DNA of 64,000 bases from Octopus vulgaris (Eukaryota): the NCBI GenBank assembly GCA_951406725.2, contig OX597819.1:19778001-19842000 (forward strand), in the 5' to 3' direction. Positions within the stretch are counted from its first letter, which is position 1. Each line of letters begins with the position of its first letter. Of this stretch, positions 51,811 to 64,000 are shown in pieces. The notes beneath the pieces are model-generated. The model had not been told where the DNA came from, did no database searches, and worked only from the letters and a program-made list of their open reading frames with translations. The position numbers were made by a program, and so were the translations under genes.

Positions 51811-52288
51811 GTACGTATGTAAGCGTGCATATAGAAGCAAAACTACTCAGACACACAAATATAAATATATATATTTAGTTATGAAAATTCTTAAGAATCA
51901 AGGCACACCAACATGTAGGTCACCAGACATGGCTAGGTACGATCTGATAGTTCTCATACTAGAATAAAACAACTTTCCAGGTTTCAAGTTTTAACAGGAT
52001 ATTGAAGATATGTAAGGACCAAATCCAGTTTATATCGATACATCCCACTCGCCTGTGGATTCGATTGGTTATTTTCGAGTTCGTGTTTAGAATATCACAT
52101 TTTGAAAATTTTACTATGATTACACGTGATGATAGTGGATTGTATATTACAGCATAAACTTAAACGTCTATATTAAATAAAACTCTACCGAAACAACTGT
52201 CGTAAATGCTAAGCACCATTTCTCTTTACTCTGTGTGTATGTATGTATGTATGTTTGTCTACATACACACACACACACACACACACAC

Positions 52289-52391
<103 letters not shown>

Positions 52392-52608
52392 GATGAAAAA
52401 AGAGGGCTACTTCCTAGAAAGAGGAGCTAAATTCTCAGCTAAACCACTTCGTGTTCCCTTCATTATAATTATTATTCTCTAGCTATGTAATGCAATCGCT
52501 GATGGCTAACGCGTGTGTATTTACTGTAATTATTATCAATTATTTATAATTGCCGGAGCTAGTAATAACAATAAAATTATCCATATGCTTATTCGTTTGA
52601 ATATTTAC

Positions 52609-52664
<56 letters not shown>

Positions 52665-52813
52665 GTTATCTAGAAGACCCAAGGAGTGGCAGGTAATGCT
52701 AAATAATGCTAAGGACAGACCATAGTAGTCTAACATTTGCTTTGATCGTGAAACGAATGAGGAATTTAATGTGGGTCTTGTAGTATTGTAGTATTGGCTT
52801 GAATATATATAAA

Positions 52814-52910
52814 AGACAAAAACAGATAACAAAGCCAAGGGTGTGGGGAGTTTATTTTATAAATGTCCTGAAAACTCCTCACAGTCTTGCTTTGTTACCT
52901 GTTTTTGTCT
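52814..52910. repeat. Short foldback related to the outer arms of 4170-4795
   Basis: AGACAAAAACAGATAACAAAGC...GTGGGGAGTTT is inverted against AAACTCCTCAC...GCTTTGTTACCTGTTTTTGTCT. ATAAATGTCCTGAAAA is shared with 4741-4756. Confidence 0.65.
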
Positions 52911-53299
52911 AATACTTATATATACAACTTTCAGAAAGAATAGTGGCTTCTTGGTGAAGAATTCTTTCTTCCTGATACCTTAGTAGCTTCTAGGCTGAAG
53001 GGAAGGCAGTATGTTCTTTGTCTATCTCCTTCACCTCATGGACGTTTTAAGTAAAATTATACTAATGCGTCCATCTGTTTTAATTTTTATTAAATTCTAC
53101 GGTGTAGCTGAAGATTGCTCTGCATTTAAATTGATGTAATTATTGCATTGTTCAATTAAATGGAAGTGCGTGAAACGATCGTACTGCATTACCTCTGGAT
53201 ATCCTTGTTGCTTATGTTGATTTTAATCAACATATTTTGAAATTGTATGGATAATACCGTACTAAATTCTGGTGTCTCAACTTAAGTACCATATTCATC

Positions 53300-53372
<73 letters not shown>

Positions 53373-53410
53373 TCACACACACACGCACACTCACACACAC
53401 ACACACAGAC

Positions 53411-53441
<31 letters not shown>

Positions 53442-53689
53442 CAATACACAGATAAATAAATGGAATTCAATAAACATATATTTACAAAGTAAAGTATATT
53501 CAATTAATACAAAAAGAAGGAAGGAAATGAAAATGTCTTTAGATAAAAACAAATGAATGAAATAAATAGATGTAAATTACATGACCGTGAATAAAGAGAG
53601 AGAGTACTGATAATGCAGGTAGCATACACATTCCCAAACACATACTAAACATAGACACAGACAAAGATATACGCATGCGCAAATAAAGA

Positions 53690-53935
53690 TACATACAACA
53701 GGAATGCAAAATGGCAGATCGTTAGTAAGGAGAGACACAAAAAAGAAAGAAGAAATCAATGGACCGTTGATGAGGTCACAGAAGTGTGACGAAAGTACTC
53801 TGGCTGAAATACAATTAATAATTAGTACAATTAATAATTAATACAAGTGAACATCAAATAATAGTGCGTGTGTTTTCACCAGGGTAGCTCAAACTAGGTA
53901 TGTGCTCTGAATTCCCAAATAGGTATGCCACTAAA
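53690..53935 (+). mobile_element. Solo Penelope pLTR-like fragment with hammerhead motif (53761-53805)
   Basis: GTTAGTAAGGAGAGACACAA, GGACC-G-TTGATGA-G-GTCACA-GAAG-TGTGAC-GAAA-GTAC-TC-TGGC and ATAGTGCGTGTGTTTT are all collinear with the reverse complement of 10620-10850. Confidence 0.75.
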
Positions 53936-54503
53936 AAACCGTGTGAACTGCAGTTCAAATTGTGAGATTGTGATTGCTTTATCACACCGGCTAGAAAGGG
54001 TTTCCTTTTGTGACTTTGGTTACATGTTAATGTAGAAAGGCAAATAATTTAGCAAGACTTGACAATGACATTTCATTTAACTGTAAAAGAAAAGGAGGGG
54101 CAGTCTGCGACAGCTGTTTCTTGGGTATCTCAACTATTGCAACATCATGTAGAGCGAAGATTCTATATGTTGAGTATACCATCATCGTAGAGAGATAGGT
54201 CAAACATACGTAAAAGTGGGAGAAAACTTCCTCATGAACTCCAAGTCTGCTCCGATTCTCCCGTCCCCTCTAGTAAAATCGACTACTTAATATATTGGAC
54301 ATCTTTTATCTTTTCAACCGCTTAATCCGTTCCACACCCACCTCCCACTGTAACCTAGCTTGTAGGTATGATCATCCGTTGTCCCTTGCTATGGCCTACT
54401 GACCATTCCATCCGATCACAGAATACTTAGCAGATGTTCCAATAGTTGAGATTTTCTAAAAACAACTGTCAGAGACTATCCCTCTATCTCTCTCTCTCTC
54501 TCT

Positions 54504-54551
<48 letters not shown>

Positions 54552-55024
54552 GTGTCTAGTGCCGGTGACACGTACACGACACACAGTACAGCCTGTGAGG
54601 GGCATCCGGACTCAGAAAGCAAGGCGCAACTAATGGAAACTTATGCAGCTCTCCAGCTTAGAAGCTCCAATGAAACCGTGTAACCCTTGCTAGCATGGGT
54701 AATCGGATGTTAAATGAAGATGATGATGATGATGATGATATAAATATACATACCCACACACACATATATGTTTTGATTTATAAATACATTTGAAAGAAAC
54801 TCAGATTAAAATAGCAATGTGCGAAACATTTATGCTTACAAATCTGGGATGTCATTTCTTGTAATATTTTGTCTCGCAGAACTTCACAAAAAGCCTTTGC
54901 TCAAGGTGTTCGCAGATCTCCAGACACGTTACTTGCTACCCTCGTTGGGAAATATTTTGAATATTCTGAGTCACGTTGAAAATGCATATTTCAATATAGA
55001 AATATGTAAAGCAAATACACGATG

Positions 55025-55095
<71 letters not shown>

Positions 55096-55124
55096 GTCTA
55101 TCTATCTATCTATCTATCTATCTG

Positions 55125-55183
<59 letters not shown>

Positions 55184-57499
55184 GTCTCTGTGTGTGTATG
55201 AACAGGGAAGACTGTTTTAGGTCAGTAGTTATGTTATTCACTCAAGGTAACACACCAGTTGACCTCATCACTTCATAAAAGTTCTTAATTTTTGTTGATT
55301 CAAATACACCGTTATACAAATATATTCACTACAGTTGACCAGTTGCCAGGAAGTGATAATATTGAGAGAAATTATTGAAATACATAAATTAAGAAAATAT
55401 ATGTAAAGAATCACAATAAAAGCAATTTAACCTTTCACCTGAAGACAATGTATCATTTATATGAACGACACAACTATTTTAATATCTAAACTTTGTAGGA
55501 GGTGTGATGAGATGGGTGTTAGGGGAGTTATCGGTGTTCGAAATCGTCTCTTGACAAGATACATTACCATTTGAAGAGGTCTATTGCTGAATGAGAAATT
55601 TATTTGGAATCTGTTTTTGATAATAAGTAATAAAATTAGAATTGTAATAATTAAGCGGAGAAGTAATGTATGGAAATGAAAAGTAACAAATCAATAGAAA
55701 AATAAAACAGAGAATGAATGCTGGCATTTATCAGGCGACACTTTAATTATAAAACATCAGGACATAAAAGTAATAATTCGACCAAGAATGAATGGCTGAC
55801 TTCTATATTTACAATCAAATATTCCCGTGTTTCTCTTCAATGTTGTACCACCAATATGCGTAACTTATCGGAACGTTCTGCCCTAGATTAAGTGATCATT
55901 TCTATTATGATCATCGTGTTGAATAAATCTATATTACTTTTCTTTTTCAAGCTGTGTTGCTGAATGCTTACTGCGTTGGGAACAAGACCATTTGAGAACG
56001 GTTCGAATCCAGGATTAGGCAGTACGTTGTTCTATTAACCATATGGTGAGATTTGATTGAGTACAGCTATGATCATCCCATGTTTTAGTCAGATGTTACA
56101 TATCTAGAAATGCAGTTTCCTTTCTACTGTAGTATGTGGTGGGAAGCTAATCGACTCTATCGAGCTCAGTACGCTTCTGGTATTTCTTTTATCGAAGCTG
56201 ACGTCGGCGGATTATAAATTCACAGCGTAAACGTATAAGAAATGCCTATAGGCCTTTTGGTTGGCTTGTTTAACAAATTTAGCAGTTCACCTTTATGAAA
56301 TTTTATCACACAGTATCCTTTCACCTTATAAGGTGTTACATGTGGCTGCATTGAAATGAGACATCTATTTTTTTCTTTACTTTTTTTTTCACTTTGAAGG
56401 ATCTCACAGAAACATCCTCGGTATTTCTTGTTATTTTTTTCTCTCTTTTGTGCCTTCAAACACCCACGAACCATTAATTTCTTCATCTGAACAGGAGATG
56501 GGTATATCAGAGCAAATGATGCGGAAGGTTATTTACTGCGTGTGTACCCTTTCCGGAATCACTACCGACGTAAATAGCTGATCTAATAGGAACAGCTCCA
56601 AACACACAGCAGACAAAAACAACTAAATAAATAAGTAAAATAACAGTGACGTTAACAGGTCACTGATGAGTCAAATTCCTTGAAGCTTCCCTCTAATTCA
56701 ACAACACTTACTTTCTTTTACTGAATATACATTAGCTCGTTACTGTTTGGTAATCTAGGAGGCACGATAAATGCTTTTCAAGCAATCACGCTATTGATGA
56801 AAATGGAAATAAATAAAACAGCGAAACCAACACAAATAATAATAAAAAAAAGGGCGGCCGTAAAAAAAGCAAAACAAAAATATCATGTAGTACCCATAAA
56901 AGTAAGGAAACCTCATTGATAACAGAATGGTAAAAATGTAATCAACATCACTTAACTTCGTAAACGGTAGATATTACATATATTATTTCATCGCCAGTTC
57001 TGTATGTCTGAACGTTGCAATTTGTTAAACGTATGCATAATGCAATGAAACAATATGGTTTCGCCTCAGAGGGGTCTGGGAGGGGGAGATAATTTATTAA
57101 TATTTCAACTTCCAACGGTAAACAGGTTGCAAGGAATGTAATTTTCGTTCACAATATATCTACCAATTTATCATATTACTTCTCCTACAATCAGAGTATA
57201 TCGCACGCCATATTTCTTCCCCACTGTTCACCACAAATTGCATATTCTTTATATTTAATAGAATATTACGTGAATTGCTTTCTTCTCATATAATGGAATG
57301 GGGAAACCTGGATAGAACAAAGTATTGTTTTGACAAAGATATTTAAACGATATATGTGTTATCTACCAATCAATATATTTAGAATTAGATTTAGTAGAGG
57401 TTGAGGGAGAGCGAGGGAGAGAAGAAAGGGAGAAGGAGGTATTGGAGAGAATTAACGAACGAAAGAGATTGAGGGGGTATATAAGGTATATTTGTATGT

Positions 57500-57531
<32 letters not shown>

Positions 57532-57639
57532 AAATGCTTACACATACACATATATATATATCTTAGAATGAGAGTTCATATATATAGACAGATAGAATAA
57601 TAGTTTTTGTTTATGGGAATATGTGTGTTTGTGTTTGTG

Positions 57640-57702
<63 letters not shown>

Positions 57703-57913
57703 TGTGTGTATACGTGCGAGAGGGAGAGAGAGAGAGAGAGAGAGAGAGGAAAATAGAAAATGCGGAAGTTCGCTTTTGCTTTAGGGCTTCCTAAAAATTA
57801 CTTCGTTAAGGTTTGAAAAAAAAGTGCTGTCTCTCACCATTACACACACACTTTCACATTCCACAGTGTGATAGAAATCTGCCCTGTACACTCTTTCTCT
57901 CTCTCTCTCCCCC

Positions 57914-57945
<32 letters not shown>

Positions 57946-57968
57946 GCACATTAAGTTATAATGGATTT

Positions 57969-58012
<44 letters not shown>

Positions 58013-58016
<4 letters not shown>

Positions 58017-58248
58017 CGTTTTGTATTTGGTTTGCAAGATTATTTATATGAGTTCGTGTGTTGAAGCATATTCTGTTGTGTTTCTGGGGAGAGTCATTCT
58101 CTTTTAGTTCCTTATTATTTAACACACTCACCGGTAAATTTTCTAAAATTTAGAAAATAAAAATAAGAAATAAGTGGAAATTTTACCGGTGAGAGTGTTA
58201 AATAATAAGGCACTAAAAGAGAATGACTCTCCCTAGACACAACAGTAT

Positions 58249-58250
<2 letters not shown>
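58013..58250. repeat. Asymmetric foldback repeat, best-preserved copy
   Basis: Arms 58068-58141 and 58178-58250 are near-perfect reverse complements, and the element is bounded by (TA)n. Confidence 0.85.
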
Positions 58251-58311
<61 letters not shown>

Positions 58312-59099
58312 TCCTCAGTTACTGATGTACACGAGATTTGACGAAAAGCGTTCTTGTAATTCTATTTCCAAATCTTTGAGTACAACTTTGGCGGCAGAGC
58401 AATGACAGGGCGAATTCGATATAAACCAGTTTGCTATACTTTATGCAATACACAGATTTTAATTACTCGCTCCACGAATGTTTCTTGAATTCCATTCTTC
58501 AGAATGAAGACAAGACATTTCACATGTGCAAAAAGATTAAAGAACTGCACTATAGAGGGATTGTGCTTTGCTTAATTCTCTAAGTGGTTCTTTGCATGTT
58601 GTTATAGTAACCATTGCATTAGTATAGTAGGAGTAAGAATATTGTTATATAAACACACACGCATACATTCCCGCACCCACACGCGCATACATACATATAC
58701 TATGAAGATTTTCTTGCGTAAGCTAAAAGTACTCCTTCACCGCTTAGGATTTATTACAATAAGAGTAATCGCAGTAATATCTTAAACCTATCGCACAATC
58801 ACCATGTTGGGTATTGCGCTAATTCACCACAGAAGCAATTACGACATTTCTCTGCATGTTTTGGAACAGAAGTAACTCGAAAAGTATTAAACAACCACAA
58901 ATTTTATGTAATTATTTAATAAATTAAAGAAATTAGGGACAAGTTAATATATTTATAGTAACGATATAAATAAGTGGTTCTGTGTGTCTATTACGTGGTT
59001 TAATATTGGTGCAAAGATGTCGCAAAGTTCATCTTTATCTGATGTTGAATCAATCTCTGGAGACAAGATTTCATTTATATAACGTGACATATCACTCGA

Positions 59100-59177
<78 letters not shown>

Positions 59178-59229
59178 TACGTATTTCATATTATTTACAC
59201 CGTTGTTGACGTCCTGTACCCATATATTC

Positions 59230-59283
<54 letters not shown>

Positions 59284-59284
<1 letters not shown>

Positions 59285-59475
59285 AGCGTAAGCACATGAG
59301 TGCGAAACAAGGTGGAGATAGTAGTACACGGATACCAGAGATAGAGTAATATGCTTTATTAAAAAGCAACAACAATATCAGAAAATCTGTTACTAAACAA
59401 ATTTGTCCGACGAACGGGAATGTGAAACTCTGAGCAAAAGTTATTTTGATATTTTTGCTGCTTTTTAATAAAGTA
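59284..59475. repeat. Short foldback with central hammerhead-like motif
   Basis: CTTTATTAAAAAGCAACAACAATATCA is inverted against TGATATTTTTGCTGCTTTTTAATAAAG. The centre reads CCGACGA-ACG-GGAA-TGT-GAAA-CTC-T-GAG-CA. Confidence 0.5.
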
Positions 59476-59694
59476 TATAAATATATTGTACATCGTTTCC
59501 TTGCTTCAGTTATAGAACTAAAGCCATTACAGAGCAGAGCTATGAAGGGTTTTCTTCGAGCAGATCAATCAAACTCCCTATTTTCAAGTTCCGTATTTAT
59601 TCAATGAAAAAGTAATGTTAGCGGGATGTGTTCAAGCTGACACTTTTTGACAAAATGAACTATAGGAGAAACGCAAACACACACGCACACACAC

Positions 59695-59769
<75 letters not shown>

Positions 59770-60243
59770 CACACATTAAATGGGATTGCATACGTATTCC
59801 GCCAGCCAAATTAATTCAGAAGACACTAACCGTACTGTCCCGGATTATAGAAGGGATGAGCCGAGTAAGGTGGCAAGCATATTGATGAAAGCTGTAGTCA
59901 TAAGCGTCCACTGTAAGCCACTCAACGACACAGCCTTACCTGCGCATTTTTCTGCCGAACTACTACATCGCAGAGACACAATCACGCTACACCTGTTTCT
60001 CAAGAGATGCTGGGGAGAAACACAGATACAAAGATTCGAAGAAATAGATGTAAATATAAACGACGCGCTCCTTTCAGTTTTCCTCCTATTAAATCCACTC
60101 AAAAGGCTTGGTCGACCCAAGGGTATAGTAGGAGACACTTGACCAAGGTGCCACGCAGTGGGGCTGAATCCGGAACCATGTGGTTGGGAAGCACATTCAT
60201 TTTCACTCTGTTACATCTGCACAGACACTTATAAGTACATATA

Positions 60244-60626
60244 TCTCTCTCTATATAAACGGCAGTTTGTCTGTGCGTGTTTCTGTGTGTCTGTTTGCTT
60301 GTACCCTCACCCTGACCACGGCTTTCAACCGATTCTGATGAAACTTGACACACACATAGCCCAATGTCATAATTCAAAACTAACGCAGCGAAAATTTTGA
60401 AAAGTTCCCCAGTTCTGAAAAAAATCGATAAATTCGACATGGGGTCGAGAATCAGAAACACGAACCACAAACTGTCTAGGGGACGCAACTCCACCTTTTT
60501 TAAATCTCAAAAAAAATTTACCATAATTTTTTTCCATTTTTTTGCTATTTTTTGGCTATAACTCTCTAAAAATGCTTTATAGTCATTTCCCTTACAAACC
60601 CGAGCAACGCCGGGCGATACTGCTAG
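60244..60626 (+). mobile_element. Non-autonomous Helitron-like element
   Basis: A|TCTCTCTCTATATAAAC start, internal CCGATTCTGATGAAACTT, and end AAACCCGAGCAACGCCGGGCGATACTGCTAG|T. Confidence 0.82.
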
Positions 60627-60755
60627 TATATATATATATACATGTGCATATATATATTTTGTACATATATGCATATACAGACAGACATACATACATGTAT
60701 ATAAACATATCTATACACATATACATATATACATATACATACATACAAACACATA

Positions 60756-60812
<57 letters not shown>

Positions 60813-62077
60813 ATGGGTATGTGTGTGTTTGCAAAACAATGTACTCCTGTCTTAAAATGTTCCTGTTTTCTTGTCCCCTTTTCGCCGTTCCCCCCCCCCC
60901 CGTCATCGCTTATCTCGCCTGTCATTTTATTTGCATCGTTAACGTTTCCCCAACGTTTCCCTTATCAATGACGTAAGCTGTAAATCTCTCCCACACACGT
61001 CTGTTACCATAACAAATCTTTATATCTAGCTCATGTATCATACTGCGAACCATTACCGCATCTGCACCTTCTTAAATCCGCGCGTGCTATCTATCTTCAA
61101 ATACATTGCACAAGGTTATTTCGTATTAGAGCCATATGGCATATGTCTTACAACATTTCCTTCTCACCTATTGATACCGGCTTCTTTTGGTCTTTCCAAT
61201 CGTCAATCGAAACTCGCTGTATAGGCAGCAATTGTTGCTTAGACTCTGGCAGAGTGTTTCTGTGATTAATGACAGAGAATAATCCGGTGTTTCGCCTTCC
61301 TACTGCAAACAGCTACGGCTTTGATAGATTATACATCGGCGATCTGCGGGTTTCACCTTAAAACTAACGATGTGTTTCATGGCAATATCACATTTTAAAA
61401 ACTAATTACTTCTTCATCACCTTCTGCAATCCATTTCAAGAAAATGCCTTAAACCGAACGATAGGCAGTAAGCCTTCTTGATCACAGAGAAATTTATTTC
61501 GTCTACATAAAAGATTGGAATCTAACGAAAATTTAGTAGAGTGGATGCATGCTAATCTTTGCAGCAATGTATTATCAAATATGATCTCTTATTGTCAAGT
61601 AAACCTTAACCAAAATGCTTCTTCTCCTTCCCTTCCTTTCTTCTTTCTTTTTCTCCTGCTTCTCCAAGTTCTTCAAAATTCTTTTCTTCATATTCGTCCC
61701 GTTTTTATGTCCCTCTCTACTCATTCCTTCTCCCCTTATGCTTATATTGGTAAATGATGCACAAATTCTGTAAATAACCGAATCATATTTCAACAGACCC
61801 CGTGAAAGTCTTGCATTGAAAGAGTAAACGGAGAAAAATACGATTTCTATAAACCACATTAATAATAAAAATTGTAAGATACTGAAATAAACAATTAAAT
61901 ATTTGGATAGATTTGAACACTGACGCGTTCAAGTGTGATACACCATAGGCACGCACACAAATACACTCTCAACAAAACACACATATAGACACACAAACAC
62001 ACAGACAAGCACGCACACCTATATGTGAGAGTGCATTTGCCTGTGTAAGTGTGTGTGTAATATTCATACATACATAA

Positions 62078-62658
62078 GGCAGCGAGCTGGCAGAAACTTT
62101 AGCACGCCGGGCAAAATGCTTAGTGGTATTTCGTCTGCCGCTACGTTCGGAGTTCAAATTCCGCCGAGCTCGACTTTGCCTTTCATTCTTTCGGGGTCGA
62201 TTAAATAAGTACCAGTTAGTGGGGTCAATATAATCAACTTAATCCGTTTGTCTGTCCTTTTTTGTCATCTCTGTATTTAGCCCCTTGTGGGTAGTAAAGA
62301 AATAGGTATTTCGTCTGCCGCTAGGTTCTGAGTTCAAATTCCACCGAGGTCGATTTTGCCTTTCATTCTTTCGGGATCGATTAAATAAGTACCAGTTACT
62401 CACTGGGGCCGATATAATCGACTTAATCCGTTCGTCTGTCCTTGTTTGTCCTCTCTGTGTTTAGCCCCTTGTGGGTAGTAAAGAAATAGGATATATCTTC
62501 TGCCGTTACGTTCTGAGTTCAAATTCCGCCGAGATCGACACTGCCTTTCATCGTTTCAGCGTCGATAAATTAAGTACCAGTTGCATACTGGGGTCGATTT
62601 ATCGATTGACCCCCTCCCACCAAATTTCGAGCCTTGTGCCTAGAGTAGCAAAAATATT
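62078..62658 (+). repeat. SINE family A tandem trimer (complete head, two head-less units, alternative tail on the last unit)
   Basis: Head GGCAGCGAGCTGGCAGAAAC, with restarts after AAAGAAATAG at ~62306 and ~62490. The last unit ends ...CAAATTTCGAGCCTTGTGCCTAGAGTAG, like the 18020-18560 units. Confidence 0.9.
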
Positions 62659-62829
62659 CATACACACAAATATACACAAACACAAACACGCACACATACA
62701 CACACATACACACACACACACAGATTATTTTATTGGTTTCTTTTTTTACTTGTTTCAATCATTTCACCGCGGCCATGCCGAAGGGCTTCCTTGAAGGGTT
62801 TGAGGTGAACAAATCGGCTCCAGGACATA

Positions 62830-63004
62830 ATCGGTTTTTATTGTCGTCCTTTCTCTGGATCTTTCCTTCTCCAATGTTTCCGAGGAAGAGCTCCACTCGA
62901 AACGTTAAACCCTCCTTCTTTCCTTCTTTCCTGAGTGCCCAATGATACTATATTTGTTCCACGTCCTCGCGTTGTTGAGTTTTTTTGTGCTTTCTTGTTT
63001 GGAT

Positions 63005-63010
<6 letters not shown>
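62830..63010 (+). repeat. Short repeat with hammerhead-like motif ending at (TA)n
   Basis: GTTT-CCGAGGA-A-GAG-CTCCA-CTC-GAAA-CG-TTA-AAC at 62876-62910. It is homologous to 8900-9125. Confidence 0.65.
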
Positions 63011-63056
<46 letters not shown>

Positions 63057-63063
63057 TAATATT

Positions 63064-63110
<47 letters not shown>

Positions 63111-63213
63111 TATACATATATAATATTAATAATATATATATATATATATATATAGATATATATATATACATATATGCTTACTTATATATATATATGTAAA
63201 TATATATATATAA

Positions 63214-63249
<36 letters not shown>

Positions 63250-64000
63250 GTATATATCTATATACATATTCTGTTGTGTCTGGGGAGTGTTGTTTTGTTT
63301 TTGTACCTTATAATGTAACACACTCACAAGTAAAATTTGCACATTTTTTCTTATTTTTATTAAATTTTTGTTGCATCTTGCAACCTTTTCAAAAGTCTTG
63401 ACTATCAAAACACAACAGAATATGCTTCAACACACGAACTCATATAAAGAATCTTGCAAACCAAATGCAAAAACGATATATATATATATATATATATGAT
63501 TGCATAAAACCCCACACACTCACATACATAATCTCCGTACGCATACACACACACAATCACACACACACACACCCATACATATATATATATATATATATAT
63601 ATGCGTACAGATATTATGTATGTGAGTGTGTGGGTGTTTATGCAATTCATATATACAACGGTTAAAATTGTATGTGGACATTTTATTAGCATGTGATTTT
63701 TACCATTTATAGTCACTAGGTGATTTTTTCATTTATTATCAATAACAAGCTCTGCTGCGTCGTAGGAATTGTAGGGCTTCTTAACCGTTTTCCAATGCTT
63801 ATGAATGATGATATTCCTATGAACATGACACCAGGTCGTTGCTGGCTTCATTGTTAGCAAATTTCTGGTGAGGCAGCATTTCGATTACATGAAATCTGAG
63901 TACTTCGCTGGTACCTTATTTTAGCAATATCTTTGAATTCCTATGCAAAAGAGTCGGCCGAAGGAATGCTGCTACGTAATTCGTCCATATTGTTTACGAT

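Noticed and set aside
55950-56020. tRNA-like sequence with GGTTCGAATCC (also the heads at 23240-23315 and 38284-38350)
   Set aside because: No complete cloverleaf or acceptor stem. The A/B boxes run into SINE bodies, so these are SINE heads, not tRNA genes.
62078-62658. Regularly spaced repeats suggestive of a CRISPR-like array (also 18020-18560)
   Set aside because: Whole ~184-198-bp units are repeated with no unique spacers and no cas genes. These are eukaryotic SINE multimers.

Overview
This is AT-rich, microsatellite-saturated animal genomic DNA. The SINE families and (TA)n/(CA)n/(TCTA)n density suggest a coleoid cephalopod such as Octopus (inference, no search run). I found no credible host protein-coding exon, rRNA, true tRNA or CRISPR array, and almost all ORFs in the supplied track are translated microsatellites. 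The window reads as intronic or intergenic sequence filled with decayed transposons. These include: at least four SINE families (three with tRNA-like heads), some in tandem arrays; CR1-like, RTE and REL-endonuclease (R4/Dong/NeSL-like) LINE remnants; two Penelope-like (GIY-YIG) fragments; a very old Ty3/Gypsy pol relic; mariner, maT-like and rosa-like Tc1/mariner relics; MITE/foldback elements; and three non-autonomous Helitron-like elements. The most notable signal is a dispersed set of about a dozen minimal type I hammerhead-ribozyme-like motifs in several distinct sequence families. They sit in Penelope pseudo-LTRs and in short foldback elements abutting (TA)n tracts. A LINE and a SINE also share a 3' stem-loop whose pairing is kept while its sequence changes. 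All alignments were made by eye, so boundaries are approximate unless TIRs or TSDs are given.
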